This document shows positions 63,926-64,000 of a DNA stretch of 64,000 nucleotides, piece by piece. Source of the stretch: Macrostomum hystrix (lineage: Eukaryota; Animalia; Platyhelminthes); NCBI GenBank assembly GCA_950097015.1, contig CATNEN010000039.1, positions 6,510,001-6,574,000 on the forward strand, written 5' to 3'. Each line of letters opens with the position of its first letter. The stretch's first letter is position 1. The notes beneath the pieces are model-generated. The model saw only the letters and a program-made list of their open reading frames with translations, was not told the DNA's origin and ran no database searches. The position numbers were made by a program, and so were the translations under genes.

Positions 63926-64000
63926 GTTCCAGAACTGCCCAAACTTGTTTCGGAACTAATCAATTCCGGACCTGTCAATTACCAAATAGGTATGGGTTTA

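Noticed and set aside
3023-63959. Long repetitive ORFs in the supplied track (e.g. 3023-3801, 7469-8589, 15699-16508, 19025-20404, 31319-35404, 38311-39812, 58233-59289)
   Set aside because: They are translations of tandem repeats, open in several frames or strands, and most lie inside introns defined by flanking exons.

Overview
Eukaryotic (metazoan) genomic DNA with GC-rich spliced exons, spliceosomal introns and many intronic minisatellites; the overall style suggests a flatworm such as Macrostomum (inference only). Reading exons by hand gives: (1) a degraded PAN/apple + C-type lectin gene (-, ~1.9-2.6 kb); (2) a 17-exon, 12-TM adenylyl-cyclase-family gene (+, 6324-23741) that has lost most catalytic residues and is probably a pseudoenzyme; (3) a neuregulin/Vein-type EGFR-ligand gene (+, 28224-41240; signal peptide, N-terminal domain, Ig, EGF, TM) with two phase-matched, apparently mutually exclusive transmembrane exons and a further candidate exon giving a secreted or alternative-EGF form; (4) a divergent, probably truncated ETS-domain gene (+, ~45.1-49.9 kb); (5) an intact UDP-N-acetylglucosamine pyrophosphorylase gene (UAP1, +, 52988-56598); (6) a frameshifted GPCR exon fragment (-, ~59.9 kb). 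Mobile DNA comprises a hAT MITE with a perfect 8-bp TSD, a two-copy TIR element family, two tRNA-derived SINE families and a Penelope-like retroelement 3' end carrying a hammerhead ribozyme. About 18 tandem arrays (15-45-bp units) account for most long ORFs in the supplied track. There are no CRISPR arrays, rRNA genes or true tRNA genes. All exon structures are manual predictions from splice sites, phase continuity and protein motifs.
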